Origin: Gemmatimonadales bacterium
GTDB taxonomy: Bacteria; Gemmatimonadota; Gemmatimonadetes; Gemmatimonadales; GWC2-71-9
Direction of reading: 5' to 3'
Length of the DNA: 64,000 nucleotides
Assembly (NCBI GenBank): GCA_037189525.1
Contig: JBBCJC010000002.1
Location: 992,001 to 1,056,000, forward strand
This document shows positions 29,808 through 37,936 of the stretch, piece by piece. Within the stretch, counting starts at the first letter, position 1. Every line of letters starts with the position of its first letter. A program made the position numbers and the translations under genes. Below the pieces are notes generated by a model, which was not told the DNA's origin, searched no databases, and saw only the letters and a program-made list of their open reading frames with translations.

Positions 29808-30575
29808 TCAGAAAGACACGGGATAACCGGTCAGTTGGCCCAATAGCCTGCCGTCTGCGAGCGGCAACACCACGAAGAAATCATAGAAGTCCGGAGGAAA
29901 GCGTCTGGATTGATCTGGATTCCTTTCAGTCAAATTTACCCTGAAAGTGACGAACGCTGCCTTGCCCCTAACGGGAGCTGGTATGGTCTTCGACGATAGG
30001 AGGGGCCCTATGCCGTCTGGGGCCTTGGCTCGAATCTCGAACGTGAGAGCGGGAGGGCCGAGGGTTTCGGTCTGGAGTCCGATGACATAACTGACAGTGA
30101 TGTCGATCGAGTCTACACCCTTGAACCCATTGCGGCGAAGGAGCGTGTCGCCCGTGGCGGCGTTCTGGAAGGTGGCGATGAAGGGTTGCGCGCTGGTATC
30201 GGGATCCACGACCAGGATCTCGGATTGGGCTACAAAGTTCGGATAGTCGGTTGCTCCCCCTCCGCGGGCGAGGATCCCTCCGCGGCCGGCGGCCAAAGGC
30301 GTCACCAGTCCGCTGCTGTCCACGCGAAGGGGCCCGAACCACACGCTCCAATTCGTGCCTAGCTGTCGTCCGTCGGCAGTCACCGGGCGTGCGCTCAGAC
30401 GGACCGTATCATTGATGGTCAGGATCAGGTTCTCGAGATTGATCCGGAACTCAGTGACGCAATCTCCGGTGCACGGGATCACCGGACCGACGGGCGCGTC
30501 GTCTCCGCAGCCGGTCAGGACTCCGGCCGACAAGAGTATGCCAAGAACATTCCAACGAATGGTGCTCTTTCTCAT
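29808..30575 (-). CDS. Hypothetical lipoprotein with Ig-like domain (cassette)
   Basis: LTGC lipobox; DTVRLSA, VDSSGLVT Big-like motif. Confidence 0.65.
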   Translation of the reverse strand: MRKSTIRWNVLGILLSAGVLTGCGDDAPVGPVIPCTGDCVTEFRINLENLILTINDTVRLSARPVTADGRQLGTNWSVWFGPLRVDSSGLVTPLAAGRGGILARGGGATDYPNFVAQSEILVVDPDTSAQPFIATFQNAATGDTLLRRNGFKGVDSIDITVSYVIGLQTETLGPPALTFEIRAKAPDGIGPLLSSKTIPAPVRGKAAFVTFRVNLTERNPDQSRRFPPDFYDFFVVLPLADGRLLGQLTGYPVSF

Positions 30576-30590
30576 GGGTCCACTTCTCAA

Positions 30591-30650
30591 AAACTCGCGG
30601 TTTCGGAAGAAGAGTCTTGACCGGCTGCCCGCTGCAACTTCTTGTTGGAC
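30591..30650 (-). repeat. attC half site (inverse-core arm)
   Basis: ccggctgcccgctgcaa identical to the 32281 site, ending gttggac; core arm deleted. Confidence 0.6.
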
Positions 30651-30866
30651 AGCATCACGGCGATCGTCGCCTACAGGCGGTGTGCGAGTCGCAGACCGAG
30701 TGGGGAACCTCGAGAGGCTCTGCTTTGGGCAGACACTGGTACCCCCGTGAGGATGAGGGCAAGAAGCACCGGGGGTACATCGCATGATGGAAGGTAGTGC
30801 GGCTGCGCTTGTCTAGCGGTGATCTGAAGCACATTTCCGCTAAGGGCAAATCCGGGTGACTTGCCT

Positions 30867-30984
30867 GTTGAACGGCATTTGGATTTCGGCGGCAACCGCC
30901 ACGGAGCCAAGCGGCTGCTCCATCCTCAGGTCAACATGGGGAACGGAACTCTGCCCGGCTGTCCACTGCAACACTCTGTTAAAC
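30867..30984 (-). repeat. attC site, long family, internal deletion
   Basis: Minus strand GTTTAAC...GTTCAAC; shares ccatcctc..aacatgggg and gcccggctg-cc-ctgcaa with the 32281 site. Confidence 0.65.
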
Positions 30985-31062
30985 CTCTGCATGAAACGGG
31001 CACCGGCAGCAGTACATGAGACACATAATTTGATACTCTTACGTTGTCCGCAGTCATCCCGT

Positions 31063-31611
31063 TCATGGGTCGTTGTCTGGGACTGCCCTAAACGTCAAAG
31101 ACACGCGGCGAGACCGCAGGTATTCCCGACCGTTCCACACGTCTGACGTACGACTGGGAATCCCATGCTTCCAACGCCAGCGAGCCTCTCCAGACAGCAC
31201 CAGCAGACTTCTAGGTTCGAGAAACAGCTCGTAGGAAGCCTCCGGGCCCGAACGCGTGAATCGCATCATGCAGGTCGACCCCAAGCTGATCGATGTAACT
31301 ACTTCTCCGAAAACGGACTGATCCAAGTGATCAAAGATCCCAGTGCCCGGTTGGTATTCATTGGCGACAAGCTGATTGGGAGTGCTCTCGAGATGGCCGT
31401 CTTGATAGAGCTGTCGCGCTAAGGCAGTTGCCCAAACGGGGAGATCGCCGATTCGGTATGCTACTTGGCGCTTATGGTCGTAGTGATAGCCGTACACCTG
31501 AACGCCATGATCCACGGATGTCTGCCACCGTTGTTGGTCAACAGCGGAGAAGAGTTGATCGTGAGTTCCCTGATCCAGGTAGCCCGGAACATACGTAATG
31601 CCCGCAATCAC
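31063..31611 (-). CDS. AlkB-like 2OG-Fe(II) dioxygenase (cassette)
   Basis: NEYQPGTGIFDHLD (HxD), WKHGI, RVSLTFR; GTG with GGAG RBS. Confidence 0.85.
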   Translation of the reverse strand: MIAGITYVPGYLDQGTHDQLFSAVDQQRWQTSVDHGVQVYGYHYDHKRQVAYRIGDLPVWATALARQLYQDGHLESTPNQLVANEYQPGTGIFDHLDQSVFGEVVTSISLGSTCMMRFTRSGPEASYELFLEPRSLLVLSGEARWRWKHGIPSRTSDVWNGREYLRSRRVSLTFRAVPDNDP

Positions 31612-31657
31612 GGAGTAGTCTCCAAAGGTTGCTTTCTCACGGCCAGTTTGTAGAGGT

Positions 31658-32206
31658 CTAATTCCGGGATGTCCAGGCTGGCGGCTTTTGCCCCATCTTG
31701 AGAATGTGCTTCCTGAAGACGATTGCCGAGCCACTGAGTGCGTCGGTCGTGACAAAGGCGATTGGCAGGCCTGGCTCAGCATCGAGGATGAGTTCCGCTG
31801 TAAACCCGTTCCTGCGAAAGAGATCTACGGCCTCACGGGCGGCTTGCTCCGGATCGGCCACCACAAAGCCCAACGCGGCGCTCGGCTGCCCGAGCCGATC
31901 GAGCATCGTCTGGCGCGGATGGTTGACTATGGTGCCGTTGCTGAAGATGGTGCGCTCGACGTCGTCGGAATCGACGCGGAACCTCGGCACGTGCCCATGC
32001 AACTGCATCAACTCTTCGAGCGCGATCAACGCAGGTGTAGACTTAGCCGAGAACACATGGTAGTCGCGGTCAGGGAACGGAAGAGGGTTCCGATCGCGCA
32101 CAAGACTGGTGGTCCACGCAGCCAGAAGCAGCACCGCCACGAGCGCCGGATAGAACACAATGCGAGGCACTTTTACGGAACTGTTGACGAATCGTGCAAC
32201 TGTCAT
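31658..32206 (-). CDS. Hypothetical membrane-anchored protein (cassette)
   Basis: 182 aa ORF with N-terminal TM, downstream of an attC core site. Confidence 0.65.
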   Translation of the reverse strand: MTVARFVNSSVKVPRIVFYPALVAVLLLAAWTTSLVRDRNPLPFPDRDYHVFSAKSTPALIALEELMQLHGHVPRFRVDSDDVERTIFSNGTIVNHPRQTMLDRLGQPSAALGFVVADPEQAAREAVDLFRRNGFTAELILDAEPGLPIAFVTTDALSGSAIVFRKHILKMGQKPPAWTSRN

Positions 32207-32280
32207 GGGTTTTTCCGATCACGCGGCGGTGATTGTTGTGAATTCCGGATGTTGCCACCATGCCGATCGCGGCACGAGGC

Positions 32281-32417
32281 GTCTAACGACTTTGAGTTTC
32301 AGCAGCAGCCGGTATGGAACTGAGCAGCCGCGCCATCCTCCCAACCAACATGGGGGCGCGGCCGCGACTCCGGAAGCGGAACCCCGCCCGGCTGCCCGCT
32401 GCAAACCCCTGTCAGGC
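32281..32417 (-). repeat. attC site, long family, 137 bp
   Basis: Minus strand GCCTGAC (contains the toxin TGA stop)-agggg-tttgcagcgggcagccgg...ccggctgctgctgaaac..GTTAGAC. Confidence 0.75.
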
Positions 32418-32714
32418 GTCTTCCGGAGCAACCGGCTCGTCGGGGAGTTGGGCACCGTGCCAGACCCCAACGACCCAAATCGTCCTCTGAACCACGCGAT
32501 AGAAGAACCGATAGGGCCGAACAATGACCTCCCGATACGGGAGGTCCGGAAACTCCGGGATCCGCCGCCCGGACTCAGGGAACCGCTCCAACCGTTTCAA
32601 CGTCTTCAGCGCACGGGCGTGAAACCGCCGCGCCACGGTGGGTCGATCGGCGAGAATGTACGCGACGACCGCAAGGAACTGCCGGTCGCCCGTCGGGGTG
32701 AACCGAACCTTCAC
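32412..32714 (-). CDS. RelE/ParE family toxin
   Basis: KVRFTPTG, LERFPESGRRIPE, YREVIVRPYRFFYRV, VWHGAQ. Confidence 0.9.
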   Translation of the reverse strand: MKVRFTPTGDRQFLAVVAYILADRPTVARRFHARALKTLKRLERFPESGRRIPEFPDLPYREVIVRPYRFFYRVVQRTIWVVGVWHGAQLPDEPVAPEDA

Positions 32715-32992
32715 ACGCCAGCGTCGCGCAACATCTGGTCCGCCTCGGCCAAGACCGCGTCCAAATCTCGGCCCTTCCCTGCAGCAATCTCCCGTTCCCC
32801 AGTCGCCAGGAGGTGGAGGAGCTGCCGCTCACGTTCCGCCTGTTCGTAGGCCTCCACGCTCAGCATGACGGCGGCCGCGCGCCCCCGCTGGGTAATGACC
32901 ACCGGCGCTCGGGACTTCTTGACTTGAGCCAAAGCACGGGCCGCATCTTGGCGAAAGTCGGTGATGGGGATGATAGGTGGGACTTTGGACAT
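32711..32992 (-). CDS. Phd/YefM family antitoxin
   Basis: IPITDFRQ, PVVITQRGRAAAVMLS; 4-nt overlap with the toxin. Confidence 0.9.
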   Translation of the reverse strand: MSKVPPIIPITDFRQDAARALAQVKKSRAPVVITQRGRAAAVMLSVEAYEQAERERQLLHLLATGEREIAAGKGRDLDAVLAEADQMLRDAGV

Positions 32993-33007
32993 TGGAACGA
33001 CCCTTTA

Positions 33008-33029
33008 GACGTACACTGCAAGGTACGTC
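33008..33029. promoter_or_regulatory. TA autoregulatory operator GACGTAC-N8-GTACGTC
   Basis: Perfect 7-bp inverted repeat 15 bp upstream of the antitoxin ATG. Confidence 0.6.
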
Positions 33030-33179
33030 AGGGCGTGCGTCAGCGCAAACCGGTCGATTGGAGGACCTTGCCGATCAGGAAGCGATGCCTACCCCGTCAT
33101 CCCGCCATTCGCCCCAAAACCGATAGCGGTGGTTCCAGGCAGTCGATTCTGTTCCCCCGTCTCCTAACTGGAACCCGTC

Positions 33180-33461
33180 GTGTCGATCTTCCGTCTCCTC
33201 GTAGTCCTCACCTCCACCGCCCTCGCCGCTGCTCCCGTAGCCAACCCAATCCATCTGGCGCCGGGAAGCGCGCTGCTCCGGCTCGATCGGATCACGCCGT
33301 CCGTCGACAGCACCTTCATCCGTTGGTCGATGAACGGCCAGGAGCGGGCGGGCCCGATTCAGATCGAGTCGGTCCGCCGAATCACCCGGGACGGCGGTGC
33401 GGTGCTCGAGGGGCAGGGCAGCAGGCGGCCCGTTAAACATACCTCGACCGAGCCCGCGTGA
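33180..33461 (+). pseudogene. Truncated secreted-protein gene, opposite orientation
   Basis: Signal peptide MSIFRLLVVLTSTALAA; ORF ends inside an attC remnant. Confidence 0.4.
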
Positions 33462-33483
33462 CTGCTGCAGGGCCTCGTTGGGC
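33451..33483 (-). repeat. attC half site (inverse-core arm)
   Basis: Minus strand GCCCAAC-gaggc-cCTGCAGCAG about 15 bp after the stop at 33499. Confidence 0.5.
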
Positions 33484-33498
33484 GGCCGCCGGATTTCG

Positions 33499-34215
33499 TT
33501 AGCGTATTACGCTGGTTGATCGTCCTGCCTCGTCGAGTATTTCGATCTCAGGCGTTCCCTCCGCAGTTACGCTCAAACGCAGACGAGGGCGTCCCTTAAC
33601 GTCCGAGAGTACTAGCACTGCGGTATTGTCTCGCCCCTTGCCGAGAAACAGTCGCTGAGTGGTCAACTGGTCGGCATCACGGAGAGCTTGGATCGCCTGA
33701 CGACGCGCTGAGGTGTCCGGCATCGCCTGAATCTCTCGGTACTTCTCCTGCAAGACGTCGCCCGGAATGTTTGGCTGCTGCCACATCTCCAGCCCGCTTG
33801 AGTAAGTTCCATTGTCACCCTCGAGATGCCTGAATCCGATTGTCTGGTCGCCGCGGACCTTATCGAACGTTAACGATCCGAAGTGGCCAATCTTGCCATT
33901 CTCGCCGTAGATGAGCCCGCCCATCTCATCACCGAGGTGGTTAAAGAAGATCAATCCGGGAGGACGTGGCCCTGCACGCGGAATGATCCTGCCATTGACA
34001 ATGCCGGGGTGCTGACGGGCCTGGTTAGAAATCACCATTCGCAACTGTCCATCGCTTTCCACGATGTTGATGCGTTGTACGTCTATTTCGGCGAAGCTGA
34101 CCCGCCCCTGAGGACTCTGAAAGGCGACCACGAGGGTCAGAAGTGCCAACGCCGTGACGACAACCGCATAGCGCTTGAGGAAGCGTACATCGCGACTCAG
34201 TGCGGATTCATCCAT
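33499..34215 (-). CDS. Hypothetical membrane-anchored protein (cassette)
   Basis: N-terminal TM; EIDVQRINIVESDGQLRMVISN, GLIFFN..GDEMGGL, LSDVKGRPRLRL. Confidence 0.75.
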   Translation of the reverse strand: MDESALSRDVRFLKRYAVVVTALALLTLVVAFQSPQGRVSFAEIDVQRINIVESDGQLRMVISNQARQHPGIVNGRIIPRAGPRPPGLIFFNHLGDEMGGLIYGENGKIGHFGSLTFDKVRGDQTIGFRHLEGDNGTYSSGLEMWQQPNIPGDVLQEKYREIQAMPDTSARRQAIQALRDADQLTTQRLFLGKGRDNTAVLVLSDVKGRPRLRLSVTAEGTPEIEILDEAGRSTSVIR

Positions 34216-34387
34216 TTGGTAGCCTCATATGCCATGGTATTCGACGAAACACTGGTCCTTCGATTTGGATACTTCGGTGGCGGCTCGCGTTGCATGGAGA
34301 TGGTTCTGGAGCAAATGTTTGCGAACGGCGGTCAATCGCATGGGGTGCGCCTAGCACCTGGGTCTGCCTGCATTCTCGGATTGGGCC

Positions 34388-34567
34388 GCCCAACTAGGGT
34401 ATGGACCTGCTGGCGCTGTGCACAAGTCCGGAATACGGTAAACGCTACCGCAGAATTCTGAGCCTGCGGTATTCATCGGCCGAGCAGCGACCGACAAAAC
34501 TGATACCCGATCGCAAGGAACCATCGGGCCGCTAACCCTACCGACAGTTGCAGAACATTGGTTAGGA
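34388..34567 (-). repeat. attC site, about 180 bp
   Basis: Minus strand TCCTAAC-caatgtt-CTGCAACTGTC...GCAGGTCC..GTTGGGC with internal hairpin accgcag/ctgcggt. Confidence 0.6.
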
Positions 34568-34622
34568 AGCTCTCCGCCTATGCTAAATGAAGGTGAGCTA
34601 GGCGTGTCCCCAGATGTCAGCG

Positions 34623-34952
34623 TCAATCGACGATAAAAAGTCGCGCCCCGCCCTCCGTCGAGGACCGATGCGGAGCCACGTCGTCCGACACATGGTACGA
34701 CATCCCCGCCGTCATCACATGCTTCCCGCCACCTTGAATTTCCGTGACGAGCACGCCGTCGAGCACATAGAGAATGTGACCCCGATGACACCAGTGATCC
34801 GCCAGGTACCCCGGTGAGTACGTCACCAGCCGTACCCGAACGTTCCCAGCCTGGATCGTCCGCCAGATCGCCTCGCCGGTTGTGCCCGGATGCCGGGTCT
34901 CCGGAACCGTGGACCAGTCCGTGATGCCGAAAGGGACGCCCTCGATCTTCAT
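34623..34952 (-). CDS. DHCW-motif cupin fold protein
   Basis: YSPGYLADHWCHRGHILYVLDG, PHRSSTEGGARLFIVD. Confidence 0.9.
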   Translation of the reverse strand: MKIEGVPFGITDWSTVPETRHPGTTGEAIWRTIQAGNVRVRLVTYSPGYLADHWCHRGHILYVLDGVLVTEIQGGGKHVMTAGMSYHVSDDVAPHRSSTEGGARLFIVD

Positions 34953-35012
34953 AACTTCACCTTACCTGTAGTCGACGCGATCGACCCAATATCTGACCGC
35001 CACCTGAGCAGG

Positions 35013-35561
35013 TCATTCGCACCGCTTCTGACGGAAATCGACCGGCTGGCACTCGAATGCCGACGTCGCCCACAGGCCGCGGTTGTTCTGCTGCGCATCG
35101 CGCGCGGCGCTTCGGAACTGGTCGGCATACCGGACGTTCGGCGGCAGGATGTAGACGACCGCAAAGCCCTGATGCAGCATCGACTCGTTGATCAGCTCGC
35201 CGTCCTCGTTCCACAGATAGGCCAGGATCCGCCCGAACTGATCGCGCTCGCGAACGTCGAGTTCCAGGCCGACCTCCGATTGGCGCGGCAAAAGCGCCCT
35301 GAGCGCCGCCGCCGACCGGTCACCGAATGGCCGTTGTCGTAACTCCGGCGCGTCGATGCCAAGCAAGCGAATCGACTGCTTGGCCCCTTCCACCTCGCAC
35401 TCGACCGAGTCGCCGTCGACGACCCGGAGCACTCTACAGGTCGGCCGCTCCACCGTCGATTGCGGCGGTGTCGCGGCCGGCGCCGAGGATGACCAGTACC
35501 AAAGCCCGACGGCCAGGGAGGTCAGCCCGGCGGCCAGACGGACCCAGGCCCGACGAGTCAT
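35013..35561 (-). CDS. Thermonuclease (SNase) family protein
   Basis: VVDGDSV, IRLLGIDAPE, RDQFGRILAY, RGLW. Confidence 0.9.
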   Translation of the reverse strand: MTRRAWVRLAAGLTSLAVGLWYWSSSAPAATPPQSTVERPTCRVLRVVDGDSVECEVEGAKQSIRLLGIDAPELRQRPFGDRSAAALRALLPRQSEVGLELDVRERDQFGRILAYLWNEDGELINESMLHQGFAVVYILPPNVRYADQFRSAARDAQQNNRGLWATSAFECQPVDFRQKRCE

Positions 35562-36301
35562 GGACTCGGCGGAATGTCGGTTGCGGACGCGTCCGGATCG
35601 CTCGTCTGCGCAGCAGGAGCGGGGCGGTCAGTGGCCCGCCGGCGCCGTTGTCGCCCTTCCTCATACCACCGCCGCGTAATTTCCCCGGCCAGTTCGCGGT
35701 TGCCCAGCCCGAATGCGAGTCCCGCCGCCAGCGCGATCGCGCCGAGCACCAGGGTAAACGCCGCTGTGACGATTTCGGCCGCCACGCCCATCTGCTGGGC
35801 AGCCATGAAGACGGCGATCAACACCACCGCCGTCTTGGCCAGCTTGGCCAGGGTCGGCACGCCTTCGACCGCGCCCGCCGACGCCAGCACGATGCCCCGA
35901 ACGAACTCGCCCACGATCATGCCCAGGATGACGATCACCACGGCCGCGATCAGGGTCGGGATGTACGAGAGCATGGTCCCGAACATCTCGTTGATGCTGT
36001 CGAGACCGAGCGCCGCGCTGGCCAGGAGGATGACCACCAGCATCACCAGCCAGAAGAGGAGCTTGCCGACCGCGTGAATCGGATCGACTCGCATACCCGC
36101 CCGATCCACCGCCTCCGACAACCCGCCCGCTTCGGCCACTTTGTTGAAGTTGAGGCGGCGGAGCAGGGCATCGGTGGTGTGCGCCACCAGTTTCGCCAGG
36201 AAGTAGCCGGCCAGCAGGATCAACAGCGCGCCGAAAAACGCGGGCACGATGGCGACCAGTTGCGCCAGGCCGATCTGCAGACGTTCGAACAACGGATTCA
36301 T
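35558..36301 (-). CDS. TM_helix/CmpX-like mechanosensitive channel-related membrane protein
   Basis: YIPTLIAAVVI, AAGLAFGLGNRELA. Confidence 0.8.
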   Translation of the reverse strand: MNPLFERLQIGLAQLVAIVPAFFGALLILLAGYFLAKLVAHTTDALLRRLNFNKVAEAGGLSEAVDRAGMRVDPIHAVGKLLFWLVMLVVILLASAALGLDSINEMFGTMLSYIPTLIAAVVIVILGMIVGEFVRGIVLASAGAVEGVPTLAKLAKTAVVLIAVFMAAQQMGVAAEIVTAAFTLVLGAIALAAGLAFGLGNRELAGEITRRWYEEGRQRRRRATDRPAPAAQTSDPDASATDIPPSP

Positions 36302-37341
36302 GGATTCACCTCGAGGACGACCTTGCCCAGCTGACTCCCGCTCGCCAGCCGCTCGTAGGCGCGGACGCCTTCCTCGAGCGGTACCACCAGATCCACCGGC
36401 GGCGTCAGCTTACCGCTGTTGGCCACCGCCATCATGGCCTGGAAATCGGCGCTGGTGCCCATGGTCGACCCGAGCAGGCTCCACTGGAACCAGAAGAGCT
36501 TGCGGATGTCGATCGAGACATGCGGCCCCGTGGTCGCCCCGCAGGTGACCAGCCGGCCTCCGGGGCGCAGCGACCGCAGCGACTTGTCCCAGGTTTGCTC
36601 ACCGACCGAGTCGACCACCACGTCGGCTCCGACCCCCGTCAGCGCGCGGACCTCCTTGGCCACGTCCGCGGTGACATGATTGAGGGCAACATCCGCGCCG
36701 AGCGCGGTGGCGGCCGCGAGCTTGTCCTCGGACGAACTGGTCACGATCACCCGCGCGCCGACATGCTTGGCAATCTGCAGTGCCGCCAGCGACACCCCAC
36801 CACCGATCCCCCAGATCAGGACGGTCTCGCCCGGCGCGAGCCGAGCCCGGGTAACGAGCATCCGCCATGCCGTGAGGGTGGCGAGCGGCAGCGCCGCTGC
36901 CTGGGCCCAACTCAAGTGCGCTCCCACCGTGGCCACGTTGCGCGCCGGCACGACCAGATATTCGGCCGCGGTGCCCGGGCTGTGCTCGCCGATCACGCCG
37001 AAGCGCCGGCAGTACGGCTCTTCGCCCGCGAGGCACATGGCACAAGTCCCGCAGGAGAGACCGGGATTGAGGACGACACGATCGCCCGGGGCCAGTCCGG
37101 TGACCTCGCTGCCCACCGACTCGATCACGCCGGCCGCATCGGTCCCGACGATGTGTGGAAAGCTGAGGGTGACACCCGGCAACCCGCCGACGACGAAGAT
37201 GTCGAGCCGGTTGAGCGCGGCTGCCTTGACGGCGATGCGGACCTGATCGGGCTGTTCCAGCGTCCGATCGGGGAGTTCGAGGGTTCGGAGCCGGTCGAAT
37301 CCGCCGTGTCCGGTCAGCGTAAGTGCGCGCATAGCTTGCAC
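36298..37341 (-). CDS. Zinc-binding alcohol dehydrogenase family protein
   Basis: CGTCAMCLAGEEPYC, GIGGGV, GRLVTCGATTG. Confidence 0.9.
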   Translation of the reverse strand: MQAMRALTLTGHGGFDRLRTLELPDRTLEQPDQVRIAVKAAALNRLDIFVVGGLPGVTLSFPHIVGTDAAGVIESVGSEVTGLAPGDRVVLNPGLSCGTCAMCLAGEEPYCRRFGVIGEHSPGTAAEYLVVPARNVATVGAHLSWAQAAALPLATLTAWRMLVTRARLAPGETVLIWGIGGGVSLAALQIAKHVGARVIVTSSSEDKLAAATALGADVALNHVTADVAKEVRALTGVGADVVVDSVGEQTWDKSLRSLRPGGRLVTCGATTGPHVSIDIRKLFWFQWSLLGSTMGTSADFQAMMAVANSGKLTPPVDLVVPLEEGVRAYERLASGSQLGKVVLEVNP

Positions 37342-37429
37342 AAGTGAGAGAGATGTGCAAGATATATGTCTGCAGTCGCGCAGGGCGAGTCATCAGACAG
37401 GCGAACAGTCTTTCGCGTTGGAGGACGAG

Positions 37430-37936
37430 ATGGTGTTCCGTGATGTGGAAATGGGTTGGACCGGGTCGGGGTGGATGGAGCCTATGCCGTCGTCATCCCC
37501 GCCAGCAGCGCCGGCTCCAGTTTCGGCACCGGCCCCAGCGGCCGTGCCGCCCGTTCCCGCCACACCGGTGGTGCTCGAAGTTCCCGAGCCCGCCGCGCCC
37601 AAGCCGCGTACTGCCAAACCCAAGGCGGCGCCCAAACGGGTCGCCAAGCGGAAACCGGCTGGCAAGAAAAAGCCGGCCGCACGTCCCAAGTCGGCCAAGA
37701 AGGCCGCCAAGTCAGTTGCCCGGCCCAAAAAGGCCGTCAAGAAAGGTGGAAAAAAGATGGCGAAGAAGACTGCGAAGAAGGCCGCGAAGAAGTCGACCAA
37801 GAAGGTCGCTCGCAAGCCGGCCAAGAAGGTTGCCAAGAAGGCCGTGAAGAGAGTCGCTGCGAAGAAGGCCACCAAAAAGGTCGCGAAGAAGGCGACCCGC
37901 AAAGTCGTCAAAAAGGCCGCCAAGAAGCGGAAGTGA
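37430..37936 (+). CDS. Histone H1-like Lys/Ala-rich protein
   Basis: GGAGG RBS; Pro/Ala linker then KKAAKK repeats; alternative internal start at 37757. Confidence 0.65.
   Translation: MVFRDVEMGWTGSGWMEPMPSSSPPAAPAPVSAPAPAAVPPVPATPVVLEVPEPAAPKPRTAKPKAAPKRVAKRKPAGKKKPAARPKSAKKAAKSVARPKKAVKKGGKKMAKKTAKKAAKKSTKKVARKPAKKVAKKAVKRVAAKKATKKVAKKATRKVVKKAAKKRK

Larger units (their letters stand above)
26859..34955 (-). mobile_element. Decaying integron cassette array without integrase (CALIN)
   Basis: About 10 attC sites or remnants, nearly all just downstream of a co-oriented minus-strand ORF; TA cassette; visibly lower GC; no IntI in the window. Confidence 0.8.

Noticed and set aside
30655..30866. 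Small cassette gene between two attC remnants
   Set aside because: Only a short signal-like stretch (VLLALILTGVPVSAQ); no convincing start or family, so not called
37456..37932. N-terminal extension of ORF 37456-38877
   Set aside because: Shadow frame of the histone-like gene; GTG 37933 overlapping its stop is the better start
37610..37936. Repetitive aagaaggcc runs as CRISPR or satellite
   Set aside because: Explained by Lys/Ala codons; no constant repeat-spacer structure
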